Shown piece after piece: positions 1 to 12,060 of a stretch of DNA of 64,000 bases; the first letter of the stretch is position 1, and each line of letters opens with the position of its first letter. Source of the stretch: Hydrolagus colliei. Its lineage: Eukaryota. Made by a program: the position numbers and the translations under genes. Under the pieces are notes generated by a model. The model did no database searches. It had not been told where the DNA came from and worked only from the letters and a program-made list of their open reading frames with translations. The DNA lies in contig CM068749.1 of NCBI GenBank assembly GCA_035084275.1, positions 16,244,001 through 16,308,000 on the forward strand, given 5' to 3'.

Positions 1-444
1 CTACTGGTAGATATATTTTATTTGCTGAGTAGTAAATATTTTTGTTTGGTCAGCCAAGTGTCTGACACATGCAGAAAACCATCACTATGATAAGGAGTAT
101 TCACACCAGACAGAGTTCTACCTAGGCATTGAAATTTCTCTGTGGCTGGTGTGGAATGTTCACTCAGTGGGATGAATCCTACTTATCCTATTCTGAAGTG
201 TACTAGGCACATGTTGGTGAGAGTCAAGGTTTGGGGACCCTATTTGGGTTTTGTGAGAGCTTAACCAGCTAAAACCCCAAAGCTTTCCATTGAGAGTGTT
301 GTCTGCCAAGCTTCCTGCTCCTTGTTCAGCTGGGATCCCACCGCTAACAGTGGTTTTGCATTGCATTGGTAATGGGAACTCAGTGGAACGCACCCCTGCA
401 TCAATGCTGACTTCTAATTTCATATCATGGCTCAGTTAAATTGC

Positions 445-571
445 AAATACGTGTTGTTGCAAGATTTCGCCCACAAAATATACAGTCAATTCACTTTACA
501 GTATATTCTGTGAAGCGCTTTGAAACGTCTCCATGATGTATAAAGGCACTATAATCAAACGAAAGATTATT
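445..571 (+). mobile_element. 3' fragment of tRNA-derived SINE (family B)
   Basis: Contains cccacaaaatatacagtcaattcactttacagtatattctgtgaagcgctttga...gattatt, matching the 3' half of the full-length copy at 13384-13696. Confidence 0.85.
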
Positions 572-3500
572 GTGAGGATTATCTCTTGCCATCAGGTTCA
601 AATGATTTCTGGGAAATTAGTTTAACATAAGTATTTCAGATTACTTGAATCAAACTGATCTGTCACTGCTTGTATTGTAACTAATGTGCAGATAACATTT
701 TAGACATCTTTAAAAAGAACTCAAGGGATTCCATTTACCACCTTCAAATTCTGGAAAAGAGCTGACTTTCCCATTGACTCTTTAATTGCATACTTCAATG
801 GCAGCCCTCTGGAGACCAGTGAGCTAAGTTCTCTGCATGATCTTAAGCACACATGGACCAAGTTCTGTTTCCTTGACTCAAGGGTGATGAGATCAGCCTG
901 TAAAGCCACATCTGCTCACTTGTAACACACACTGTCACTAAATTTCATTTTGTGGAATCTTGGATTAAGATGTCTGGTATAGTTTTGCATGTTACACAAG
1001 ACAATGAATGATCATTTAAGCTCCAAGTAAAGCCATTTTCTCTTTATTTCTGCAAATTTTGAGGCTGTGAAATATTCCTTTACAAATGTGAATTTAATTT
1101 ACTGCTGAAGTCGAAACATTTTTAACTGTTGCCAAATATTGTTAGTGCGCTTGTCATCTATCTTGGTCAGAATGAAAGCATTGCAAACATTCATGCAGAT
1201 GTGTCCATTGAACTATATCCACTGCTGCCCATTATTACAGGGAAAAGAAAATATGTTTGACCTGAAAGTTTTCAATGAAATTAAACATTGTTTACTTTCT
1301 TATGCATTGCTAATTAAAAAAAATTACAGGTTATTGTCTGCATTAAAATCAATAGAGCTGAGAATTGCAGTAATAATATTGCAAATAATGTTGAAAAATT
1401 GCCATTCTGTATGATTATTCTAACTCTCGCATTTACTATAATTTTCTATCCTTACAAGGAATTATCCGGAATCTCAGAAGATGGGTGTCTGTCCGTGCAT
1501 ATGTACATATAATTATGCTGCAGTTATTATTTTGCTTTCCCTGATAGGCAGCAAATCTCAATAAGCCAATCTTGTTGCCCTGCTGAATTGCAATGCAATT
1601 ACTTTTCATTTGTATGCATGCAAGGAATTAACTCGTATCTGATTTCTTCCAAATCCAGGTTTATAACGGTTTGATAAGTGAACATCATTTTTTGGTCACT
1701 CTCCCTCTCTCTCATCTGTTTCCTTTTTTTCCAGTGAGCTCAAATCTGCTTGATAATGTCATGTGAAAATATGTGTTTATACTGTACAATTGTATTACGG
1801 GGAAAGTAGGAAGTATTATATCAGATGGTATTTGTGGCCATCATTCCCTTGACTTTTTCAGTGTTTTTTTGTAAATGCACATAACAATCTGAACGAAACA
1901 GAGCTCCTTGCATCAGCAGTGTATTTATTTTGCTATTCATAGGGGAGTTTAGTCCAATTTTTCTAATTTAACTGTGAGAGCTCTGGTGAATATGGAAGCA
2001 TAACAAGCTGAGGTGAAAATGGGATGGTCAGATAGGGACGTTTCACTGCAGTCATTGTTTTCTGTGGTACCAGGTAAAATCAGTCAATTGAAATTGAGTT
2101 GATGGATTCATCTTATTGTTTGGGCTTTCCTCAACACCATTTTATTTGTGTTTTTGTTTAAATCAGAACCAAAGCATTTCTCTACTCGAAACTATGGTAA
2201 GGATGATGATAAAGCAACAGCAGTTACCAACACAAGGAAATAAATGACGATACACATTTCTGTAGTAAGTATTAAACCCTGTCATTTCTGAAGTGTAGGT
2301 ATAAGAAGTACAAATCCTGTCTTTTTCTTTTGCCTGAAGTGTTTGAATTAAATCTGTGGCATAAAACAAGGCTCTATTCCCACCTTCCTGATGCTTGGAG
2401 TTTTCACCTGCAGTCAGTGTGGTAATTAACTGGGTCAGAACAGTAGTGAACAGAGTAGACTCAGGTAGTTAATTGGGATGAACAGTATTGGAGACAGGTT
2501 CTTTTTGTGGGAATGCTTTATTTATTGGATGAAATTAAAACTTGATACCGAACAGAACATAATTTATAGATTATGGTGGTTATTAATAATTATTCACAAC
2601 AGAAAATGAATTTGTTCTAAATGATTCTAGGTAAAACGACTCCAAGAATTGGTTTGAAAGTAATATTTATGCCAAAATTTCAACTTCAAACCGTTTTGTT
2701 TAATAATGGTTATTTTGCCATTCAAAAACAGCTCATGACTTGAATGGGATCTGACTACTTTGCCACTGTGAATTATTTCCAACACAAGCTTCTCCGAGAG
2801 TCATTAGTGTCTATGCATTCAGAGACTCTTAAGGGCTCTACCAGAAAATTGATTTTTTAAAATATTGCTAACCGTCCAGCGTGTTTAGCTTACAATCCAT
2901 ACTAGAAAAAATGTAAATAAAAAAATTCATGGAGAATGTGCCCCGCTTTTCCATTTTCACCTGTATTTCCAAAATTCTTGTTAACCAATAATATGATATT
3001 GCCTCATTACTACGTCTCAGCGTTTAGATGCTGACATGACAGAATAATTTAAAATTCTTCTGCACAATGAAGAAAGAAAGCGCATCCACCCCAAAGCGAC
3101 ACTTGCTAGATCTCTGACAACTTTAAACTCCAGGCACTCTGACCTCTGGGCTGATTATCAGGGACTTGACAGTGCTGTCTTCCAAAAAGTATGAAGATTA
3201 GCACTTCTGAATTTCTCATTTGCATTCCTAGTGCACATTATTAGAATTTCTGTCAAAAGCCATACAGGATCATTGCATTTCTAATAAATGATCTCTGACT
3301 CCCTCACTTCCTTGTTTGCAATACAACTGAAATGAGGTCACATTTTAAATATTTTTACATGCACATATTGTATTAGGTACAGCTTCGTTTTTGTAAATAT
3401 GGCATAATTGCATCATTTACCTTAATTCTATGTGTCTTTTGCATAATATTTTTCTGTTATATAAAATAAATTGCATCACAATATTGTACTCTTGTGAATA

Positions 3501-5794
3501 TAAATTTTTTAATGATCTATCTGGAGCCATGTTCTTATCTATATATAGTACCTTCAAAAATGTCACGAACACAATTCATCTTAGCTTTAAGCTCTTAAAA
3601 CTTATAAAAGAATTTACCAGTGCTGTATTGAAATCTGATGCCTCAAATTGGGAATAAAATGTTTTGCCATTAGTGCTTTTTTTCATGTGAATATATTTCA
3701 CATATTATTGGAGAATATCTATAAAGTTTTGTTGTTTGCCATGGAATAATAAATAAGGCAGGCTTTCCTTTAGTAGTGCATGTATGGTATTTCCAAGGGG
3801 TTTGGATTCATTTAAAAAATGTTTTGCTTAAGGTTCGGATGATGTTCTTTATTGCTATTCTAATAAAGTACATTTAAAATCTCTTGCGTCTTGTATAGCA
3901 GTAAAATCCCGCAAAGGAAGGTGAGGTGACTATTGATGTAAAATTGGCAACAAAAAGACTAAACAGAACAACAGCATTAGCTTAACCAGTTGAAAGACAA
4001 TGGCAAAGAGAAATCTCCATCGTACGTTTTACAACACAAAATAGTTTGGACAGCTTCAAAATCATGCTCTCAATATCACTGTTGGTTGCATTTTGGAGCT
4101 GGATATACTGATCTCATTAATTAAGCCAAATAGTTTTGTATTTAGAATTTTACAAACAGTAGTAGCATTGAGCTAAACAGGAATCTTTGTATTGTCATCA
4201 GAAAATTACTGGCCTGCAGCACTTCAGACAAAATCACTTTTATACTTCAATATCCTATTATTCTCTATCCAGATCGACCATTTCAGTAAAAGATGCAAAT
4301 CACTAAATTGCATTTTGCAGGAGTGTATGTAGCAGAGGATTAGAATTTATAAAGAAGCTTATTTATGAAGAAAACCTAGCTTGTCTTTAAAATGCAATGT
4401 TTACTAATGGGAGTTCCGATACATAAAAATCTTAGTGTCTTCACTTGAAAAATAAATTTGTACAATGTGCTGATTTTAAACAATAATTGATATAGATCAT
4501 TCAGAACAACCCAAACCCTCACCTGTTTGTGGGTTTCATTTATTACTATTTATGCCTCTTGGCTTTCTAGTCAGTGCCCATACTGATAAACTCACCATGT
4601 GAAATTGTGGACAAAAAGTTTGCCAAAGGAATCAACTCTCATTTCTGCCTGTTCACTTTCCCTCCAGGAGCCCTGAAGCAGTTTATGCATGATTTAATTT
4701 CCATATTGCTACAGTTAGCAGGATTTTAATTTTTTTAAATCAGTCGATGATATAGAAATAAACTGGATATTCAATGTGCATACTAGTGCCTACATTTTAC
4801 AGTGACTTGGTGACATGTACTTGTGGCATAATCCAGCTGAACACACCATAAAAGTTATCACTCACTTAGTGCTTCTTCATCATATGTAGGTGACGCAGTT
4901 TTGACTGATGCTGTCCACTGACTTAGGCCTCGTTGGTTATATAGCTTGGTAACGGAAGCCTTGTACAAACTCTGGAAGCTGAGTTCTTGCTGCAAGAACT
5001 TTTCACTCGTAAAAGTGATGAATTGATAACGGGCATTGGCTCTCTGCCAATGCTTATTTTACGAACCAATCTTGCACCGATAATTAACATGCAAGATTTG
5101 TTAAGTGTGCATGCCTGAAATTGCTGCTTGTGTTGTCTGTATGTAACTTCTCCTAAATTTGCATTGTTAATGAAGCATTTGTATCATTAATAATGCCAGA
5201 GCATCAATTCTAGCTAGCATGTTTACTGCTATGAAAATTAGAAACAGATGTCACGAGGAGAGAGTACCTTAAGCGATGTCTCAATACAGTAATACTGTAC
5301 TGCACTTTATAGTAAATTTTGTGAAGCGCTTTAAGACTTATTGATGATTTAAGAAAGAGTTATATTCAAAAGTTATTACAGGACCTTAATCGATATGTCA
5401 ATAAAATTTAAATACTAACAAGTTAAAACATTTTTTTTAAAGTGCAGAATATGGGATTTAATGAGATGTTGTGGAATTTATTTTCTATAGGAAATAAATG
5501 TAAGTTACATTTCTATCACTTACAAATATAGATACATTATGATTCATATATTATTGATTATTCTCAGCATAGTTTTTCCATTGTTTAATTCTATAATTTT
5601 TTTTTAGCAGTGTTTCAGTTCTTTAGGCAAAAATAGCTCAATCAGAATAAATGAAACCATTGATTCTGACAACAGCATGCTTATTCATATTCTCCTAATC
5701 TTTAGCAAATGAATATTCGTCATCCAGATCCCTATGAAATCCATGAATGTATTAAAAATGATCTCATGCTAAAATATGGACTTCAAACAATATA

Positions 5795-5872
5795 CCCAGG
5801 TAGCAAGCCCATATGGGACAAATATGAGTTGATCCATGCCCATATGGGCCCCACATGGACTTGCTACCTGGG
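5795..5872. mobile_element. 78-bp MITE / non-autonomous DNA transposon with CCCAG termini
   Basis: Perfect TIR cccaggtagcaag / cttgctacctggg, extendable to about 25 bp with 3 mismatches. Flanked by TA on both sides (5793-5794, 5873-5874). Internal palindrome cccatatggg occurs twice. Confidence 0.8.
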
Positions 5873-6204
5873 TACATGTTAAACGTCACAGTATTTGTTT
5901 CAATGTATATTAATGATGAGTCGATTGCTGATTGCCAATGAAGTCTTCAGAGCTGATCTTTTAACTATCTTGCAATCTTTCGGTTAGGTTTTTATTCCAG
6001 GAAAAAATTCTAATGTGTCCTTTCATTTTTATCATGAATTTAAGTGGTGGTAATAAGTCACACAATACATTTCAATGTGCTCTTGGGCGTTTTGTCTCCC
6101 TTGCATGGTCTTTGAGTGATAAAGACTTCAATCTCAGAGAATGACCTTTCAGTTCTGACACTTGACGCTGCCAAAATCAAATTGCAGAAAAACCGTCTGC
6201 CCCT

Positions 6205-6616
6205 TCCTATGTGTCCTCCCAACGTGAAAGGTGCTCTATAAATGTTATTTTGTTGTTGTTATCTCTCCGACCTGCTGACACCCTATCAACCTGCCTGCAC
6301 CCTCCATTCAGCGGGCTAGAGTCTGCTTCATGTCTCCCGCCCAACCATTGGTAACTGGGCTTTCAACCTCTCTGCCCCCATACTCTGGAACTCCAGCCCA
6401 GTCCCTTCACTTTGCTTTTTCCCTTGCCTCTCCTTCAAGGTCGGTCTCAAGATCCTTCTTTTCGATCGTGCCTTCTGCCGTCCTCACATTTAGCCCCCTC
6501 CCCTCCACACCCTGCCCGTCCCCCATGCTCGGGTCCTAACCCATGACTGTTCAGCGCCAAGTGACATCCTCTCAATGTAAAAGGCGCTCTACAAATTTAA
6601 TTTTGTTGTTGTTGTT
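6205..6616 (+). mobile_element. L2-clade LINE 3' ends (short tail 6205-6260 followed by longer 3' fragment 6262-6616)
   Basis: Both end in ...gaaagg(t/c)gctcta(t/c)aaat...ttttgttgttgtt. The longer piece matches 31850-32215 (tcaagg.cggtctcaaga, ttcgatcgtgccttctgcc, ccccatgctcgggtcct). Confidence 0.85.
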
Positions 6617-6619
6617 AGG

Positions 6620-7290
6620 GTTGGACTCCGAGCTGGGAGGAATGGGGAGGTGACTATAGGTGTGACTGAAGAGGTCCATTTTAAGGTGGGATATAAAGAT
6701 GATAGAGAGGAGGTTGAGGATATATAGAGGCGAGGAGGATATATAAAGGCAGAGAATTCCACAGATTGAAGACATGATGACAAAGGGATCAGCCAATGAT
6801 AGTGGCATAAAGGGTGGAGGGGGAAGGTGCAGCTGCCTATGTTAGTTGAGCAGAGGGAGCAGGCAGAGAAATAGAGTACAAGGATATGATAGATATGAGA
6901 TGCTTAAAGTTGATCCATTTAGAGATGGGGCCTCTTGCGAGGATCTGGATGATCGATCTGCAGTGGATGGTGAGGTTTTGGATCAGCTGAACTTTGTGGT
7001 TGGTGGAATGTGGAGACGGGTGAGGAGCGTTCCCCAAATAGCATTGTGTAGCAATGCATTCCCCAATCCTATTTGAGAGGAAGCTCACGGAAGTGTTTGT
7101 GCCCAGTAACAATCTGCTATTGATCTGTTTGACAACCTTCAGAGGTTTGACTATACACCTGGGAGAGGGTGAGGTCAGCGGTGTATCCTTGGAGTTGAGC
7201 TGGCTTCAAGGTGCCATGCTTGGCAACAGAATACTGGAATCAAGTCAACCCTCTGTGGCAAACTCAATGGTCCAGTTACTGAGCAGATGG
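6620..7290 (-). mobile_element. older, diverged L2-like LINE fragment
   Basis: Minus-strand translation includes HKVQLIQN, like the L2 ORF2 KLQLIQN motif. The purine-rich plus-strand pattern parallels the other minus-strand L2 copies. Confidence 0.55.
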
Positions 7291-8709
7291 ATCTGGTGAA
7301 AGACTAACTAGCCTAACTTATTGGCAGAACTTACAGGGACAGACTGGGAGTAGGGTATCTTCCCACTCAGCTTCTGTTTACCTTGCAAGGAAAAGCCCAA
7401 ATGGATAGGTTTCTTAGCTAGATAAGCAGTGCGAAGCTTGGCAGCTTGGGTCTTCAGCTTGGCAGCTTGGTTAAACTCCAGGAGTACCCCCAACACATAC
7501 TCTGGGTTCTCCAAATTTCATCTCTTGTGAACCCAAACCTATTACTCTCTGGAATTAGATCATCAGAGTGCAACTCTCCAGAAAGCGAATAAGCATGGTT
7601 ATTGATTTCAACATGCAACATAAATCGAAGAAACTTACAGCACAGATGAAGGCCCATTGTATCTGCCCATTTCTTTAACAATAATTCTTTCTGTTCCATT
7701 TTCCTGGCCTTTCTTCATAGCTGACATGTCAGATACCATAGCTTGGCAAAGAAAAAGTATGACAAATGGCAATTCCGAATGTTTTTTGAAGTGGCTGAAA
7801 CATCCTCCTGATATTCAACACAAGTCATTGACCCAAGTTAAGAGGGTGATTTCTCTTCAAACTATGAAGGCTACAATTTTGTGCTTTTAGTGCTTTAATG
7901 CCTCAGACATGATGTGTGCGTGATTTTCTGAGTGTCTTGCAAGCCAGCTCATTCCTGACAATGGAGATCGTCCAACTTCATCACTTTTGCTGGTGAAAGA
8001 ATCGATACTAGTCTCTTCAACTTCCAATCTTATTTTTTCTTGAAACAAGTTTTTTTTTCTCTCTCTCTCTCTGCAAGGACCGCTCCCATTTTCCGGTGCC
8101 AGGTACTTGCGTCTGGAATTGGTTCAAGTTTGGATGTGAGCAGATGTAGATGTTTCACGCTTTCTTTAGACAATGCTTGCAAATTAAGTGTCCCTCTCCT
8201 TTCATAATCTGAACCATAAAAGATTAACCCAAAGCAACACTTCCTGTATTTTGAATCTCATCTTTCCATAGAGTTGTAAGACTTAACGTGGTGAGCAGGT
8301 GCAATGGATGCATGATTAACTGAGAAAAGAACGTCTGTTACAAAACTTACTGATATGACAATGCAGGGAATGTTTGAATGTGGCACTTTAATAGGCTGTC
8401 ATGGTTATAAACTAAACATGTAAGTACTGTATTAATTACATCAATACTGTTGAGGGCAATCATCTTTATGTCATCAAAGCCAGATTTCAGGAGGGAAACC
8501 CCAAGTTCAATCTCTGCTCTGTTCTGAGCTACAGATCTTATTGGTGAGATGCAAAAGGCAACATAATTGGCTTAAATGTCTCCAGGTAAGGGGAGAGCAT
8601 TTCTGAAGATAGGTGGAAACCCTTCCTCGAAAGGAAACAGGACCAAATCTCAGGATGCCTCCGGTCAAATAAGTCACAACCACATTTTTCAGGCTCACCT
8701 CCTCATTAG

Positions 8710-9175
8710 AACAACAACAAAAATTACATTTGTATAGCGCCTTACACGTCGGGAGGACATCCCAAGGTGCTGGAGAGTCACTGCTTCAGACCCGAGCTGG
8801 GGTAGGGATCAGGGAGGGTGGAGGGGAGCAGGGTTGACTGACGGCATGGTCGAATAAGATAGTCTTGAGGCGGGACTTGAAGGAGGTTGTGTGGGGACGA
8901 GGTGTTGGGTTTGCAAGTTGGAATTCTAAAGGTTGCATGCAGAGTGGCTGAAGGCAAAGTTTGGTGCCAGAGAGGACACGGGCTGCACGAGTTCTGGATG
9001 AAGTAGGGATGACTTGGGAAGGCTGACAAGCAGGGGGTTAGCATAGTCGAGTCTGAACTTGATGAAGGCATGATTGAGTGTTTCATGGGCCTGAGGGTTG
9101 AGGTCGCGGCAGAGTCGGGCAATGTTGCGGAGGTGAGGGAAAGCAGAGTGCATCATGGCATGGATGTGGGGGAGA
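8710..9175 (-). mobile_element. L2-clade LINE 3' part (ORF2 C-terminus plus tail)
   Basis: (AAC)n tail at 8710. ORF 8926-9156 reads SAFPHLRNIARL...HAFIKFRLDYANPLL, the conserved L2 ORF2 motif HLRNIAR...HAFxxSRLDYCN. Confidence 0.9.
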
Positions 9176-9319
9176 AAAGACAGCAGAAAAGAAAGAGGAA
9201 AACTGAACTGTTTAATGAAACAAATTGCGAGTACTGTACTTTTACAAGTTAAATGAATGGTACAATTTTTTTTTGCAATGGTGAACTACTGTATATACTG
9301 CATATATGTTGTTTGATTT

Positions 9320-9560
9320 CCCCTCTCCTCTTGCCCCCTGGCCTTTCCCCCACCACCCTTCTTCCCTCACTCCCTTTCCACACTTTCTCTTCCCCCTTTT
9401 CCCCATTTCTCCCTCTTCCTTCTTGCCCCCTTTCTCCCTGATTTTGCCCCCACCCACCTTTCCCTCCCTCTCTCCTTTGCCACCCCTTCTTCCTCCCTGA
9501 CCTTGCTCTACACCACCTTTCCCTCCCTCTCCCCTCTTACCCTCTTTTCCCCCTGGCCCC
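9320..9560. repeat. C/T-rich low-complexity tract
   Basis: Nearly pure pyrimidine runs (ccc/ttt) over about 240 bp. Confidence 0.85.
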
Positions 9561-9564
9561 ATTT

Positions 9565-9770
9565 CTGCGACTGTTTGTGGGACACTGCTGTGCGCAATTT
9601 GTCTGCCACATTTTGCCCACAAATATACAGTCAATTTTCCTACGCTTCTTCATCCTGCCCTGACCCCTCCCCCCTGCTCTTGTCCCTACCTAACTGTACA
9701 GTGCCTTGGGACGTCCTCTCGACGTGAAAGGCTCTATATAAATGTAAGTTTTGATTGATTGATTGATTGA
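9565..9770 (+). mobile_element. SINE family B body fragment followed by an L2-type 3' tail with (GATT)n
   Basis: gactgtttgtgggacactgctgtgcgcaatt...cccacaaatatacagtcaatt (9570-9636), then gtgccttgggacgtcctctcgacgtgaaagg...ataaatgtaag and ttgattgattgattgattga. Confidence 0.75.
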
Positions 9771-9899
9771 TATGCAGAGGGACAGATATTCCATTACTGT
9801 ATTATAATATAGAGGTAGACAATTTGGACTGGTAACATTTAGTGATGAATTGAAGTTTTCAGTTACCTTTCAGAGGCAAAAAAAATCATGAAATTATAG

Positions 9900-10140
9900 T
9901 TTCTTATGTCTGACAGATAATGAGCCAGGACAGCGGTGTTCTTAGAGACGAGGGTGAAGGCATTGAAATAGAGTTGGGTCTCATATTGACCCCATACCTG
10001 CAGATGACATCACTGAGTGGGGCATGTAGATATTGCAGAGGAGGGGACCGAGGATTGAGACCTGAAGGACGCCGCACATGACAGTGTGGAGGCTAGAGGA
10101 GAAACCGTTCGTGGACACAAATGATGGGGAGAGGTAATAA
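9900..10140 (-). mobile_element. decayed L2 reverse-transcriptase core fragment
   Basis: Minus-strand translation GVLQVSILGPLLCNIYM (GVPQGSILGPLLFxIY motif), then ETQLYF (DDTQLY) and LSDIR, with frameshifts. Confidence 0.8.
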
Positions 10141-11977
10141 CCAGTGAAATAGTTCCACAGTTGTTGCTTCTTTTGAATTCCAATGTTTAATTAAAACCAG
10201 AAATGTTATCAGACAGTTCAAACATTTATCCCCTTTGTCTACTGTCTCCTGCAAAGGGCCTAGAGTTCTTCTAAAATGGCTTTGCATTTGTGGAATAATG
10301 TGATTAGTGGATAATGACTAAGTTACCTGCAATTTTGAAATCTTTTGATGGATGGATGGTTTAGGGATGTCTCGTGTGGAATAGATTTTAGGAACCTGGG
10401 GAATATCTTCTATGGTAGGAAACACAATGAAATGTTTGATTATACTTTACTTTTTTTTCATCTGTTCAGTATCTATAACAGGGCAGGCTAGTTCAGAGAT
10501 GTTAAAAGCTTGTTTGCATTAGGATTCCAAATTATTTCTTATCTACATGCCAACTCATAACCGCTAGCATTTTTTTCGGTTCAGCAAGTCATTTAAATTT
10601 TCAGTTTTCCTGCGAATTATACATTTTCTGAAGAAATGTCACAAACTAATCTGGGTATAGGCAAAGGCAGAAGAGTAAACCATACTATTTCAAGATGGCG
10701 ATTTTGCTAGCAGATTATAACATTTTAATGCAGACATCTATTGATGCAGGAGAAATGAAATATGGAATGAACGATTCCAGGGAACAAGTTATAAGACAAT
10801 AATTCCATTGAGGGGGTTCAGATGACATAATAAACCTGAGTGGTGTGTGAACATGATCTATACTACAAGATCAAATTGTTGCCTTTAATGTACTGACTAT
10901 GTAATATATACTGCGTGCTCAACATTCACTGAATTTAGATGTTAATAAAGGGAGTCAACATGCTTGTGGCTGTCTGGGAGAAATTGATGAAGCTGCTTTA
11001 TGAGCATGTGCTTTATGATTAGAAATAGGAAAAGTTTCTTTACAATGGTTGGTTTGCGAATATTTTCAGTATTTTTGTTATTATTTTGCTATGGTAACTT
11101 CGCCTACAGCATTATGAAGATGAGCATAAGATTGGAGTGGCTCGTTTGTCTGAGCATAACAGTTGCTGCTGATGTTCAACAGTTTCAAATAAGAGATATT
11201 GTATTTTAACAGCACTGTGTTTTCAGAAGGTTCCAGGACACTATATATGCAATGTAAAATGTATTGTGATAATGCACATTAGTGTCATATTTAAAACAAA
11301 AACCTTGGTGTATGATATGTTTCCCTGTTAATAGCATTAGAGTTCCTTAATCCCTGATATGTGCTTTTAACCAGCTTTTGGTTTCGCTTCTATTTATATT
11401 GTAGAAATCAAGAGCCTGGGCCATACATTTTGTTTACCAAAGAATCTGACTGCTGCTGCATACCATCAATTGCTGTCAATCAAAAAGCATACAATTGGCA
11501 GTGTTGAGTCAAGATTTCTCGCTCCATTATACAAAAGTAAAAGTCCCTTTGACACATTGCATTTGAAACTGAGTTTCTGATAAGTGAAGTACTTCAAAGC
11601 TGCAGGATCCAATTTTCCCTTGTGTAGAGTTGAGTTTACACCAAAGTTAAGTATTTTTGCTATTATTGGGTGGACTTGCAGCAAGGCCAGATGGAATTGG
11701 GAAGTGCATCCACTTCCCAGCTGCAAAACCAATTCTGATGTACTACATCAATATGATCCACTAAGAAGTTGTCTTATCTGTGTCAAACAGCACAATTTCC
11801 TTCTAAGCTCCCGAGAAGTAAATGAGCTGAGAGAAACTTCTGTTACTGGCGGATATGGTTAGTGGGCTGCAAAGCCCGAGGCTACAAGAACGCTGAAGTT
11901 TTAAGAGGTGCAAAAGAAGAGGGTAAAAATCATTGGAAACCAGTGCAAAATTATTGAATTAAAAAGACTGAACGTAG

Positions 11978-12060
11978 TCTAGGCTAACATTCCATTGTGG
12001 CCCTGGGTGAGTCCTGCATTGTTGGAAATGTTGTCTTTCAGACAAGATGCTGACCAACTC
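11978..12060 (+). mobile_element. DeuSINE/SacSINE1-like fragment
   Basis: ggctaacattccattgtg...ctgcattgttggaaatgttgtctttcagacaagatg resembles 44810-44880 and 26950-27015. Confidence 0.5.

Noticed and set aside
721-925. Stop-free stretch on both strands
   Set aside because: Short, no recognisable domain and no convincing splice signals. It may be old LINE debris but this is unsupported.
9242-9727. Gly/Lys-rich and Pro-rich ORFs
   Set aside because: Translations of the low-complexity C/T tract.
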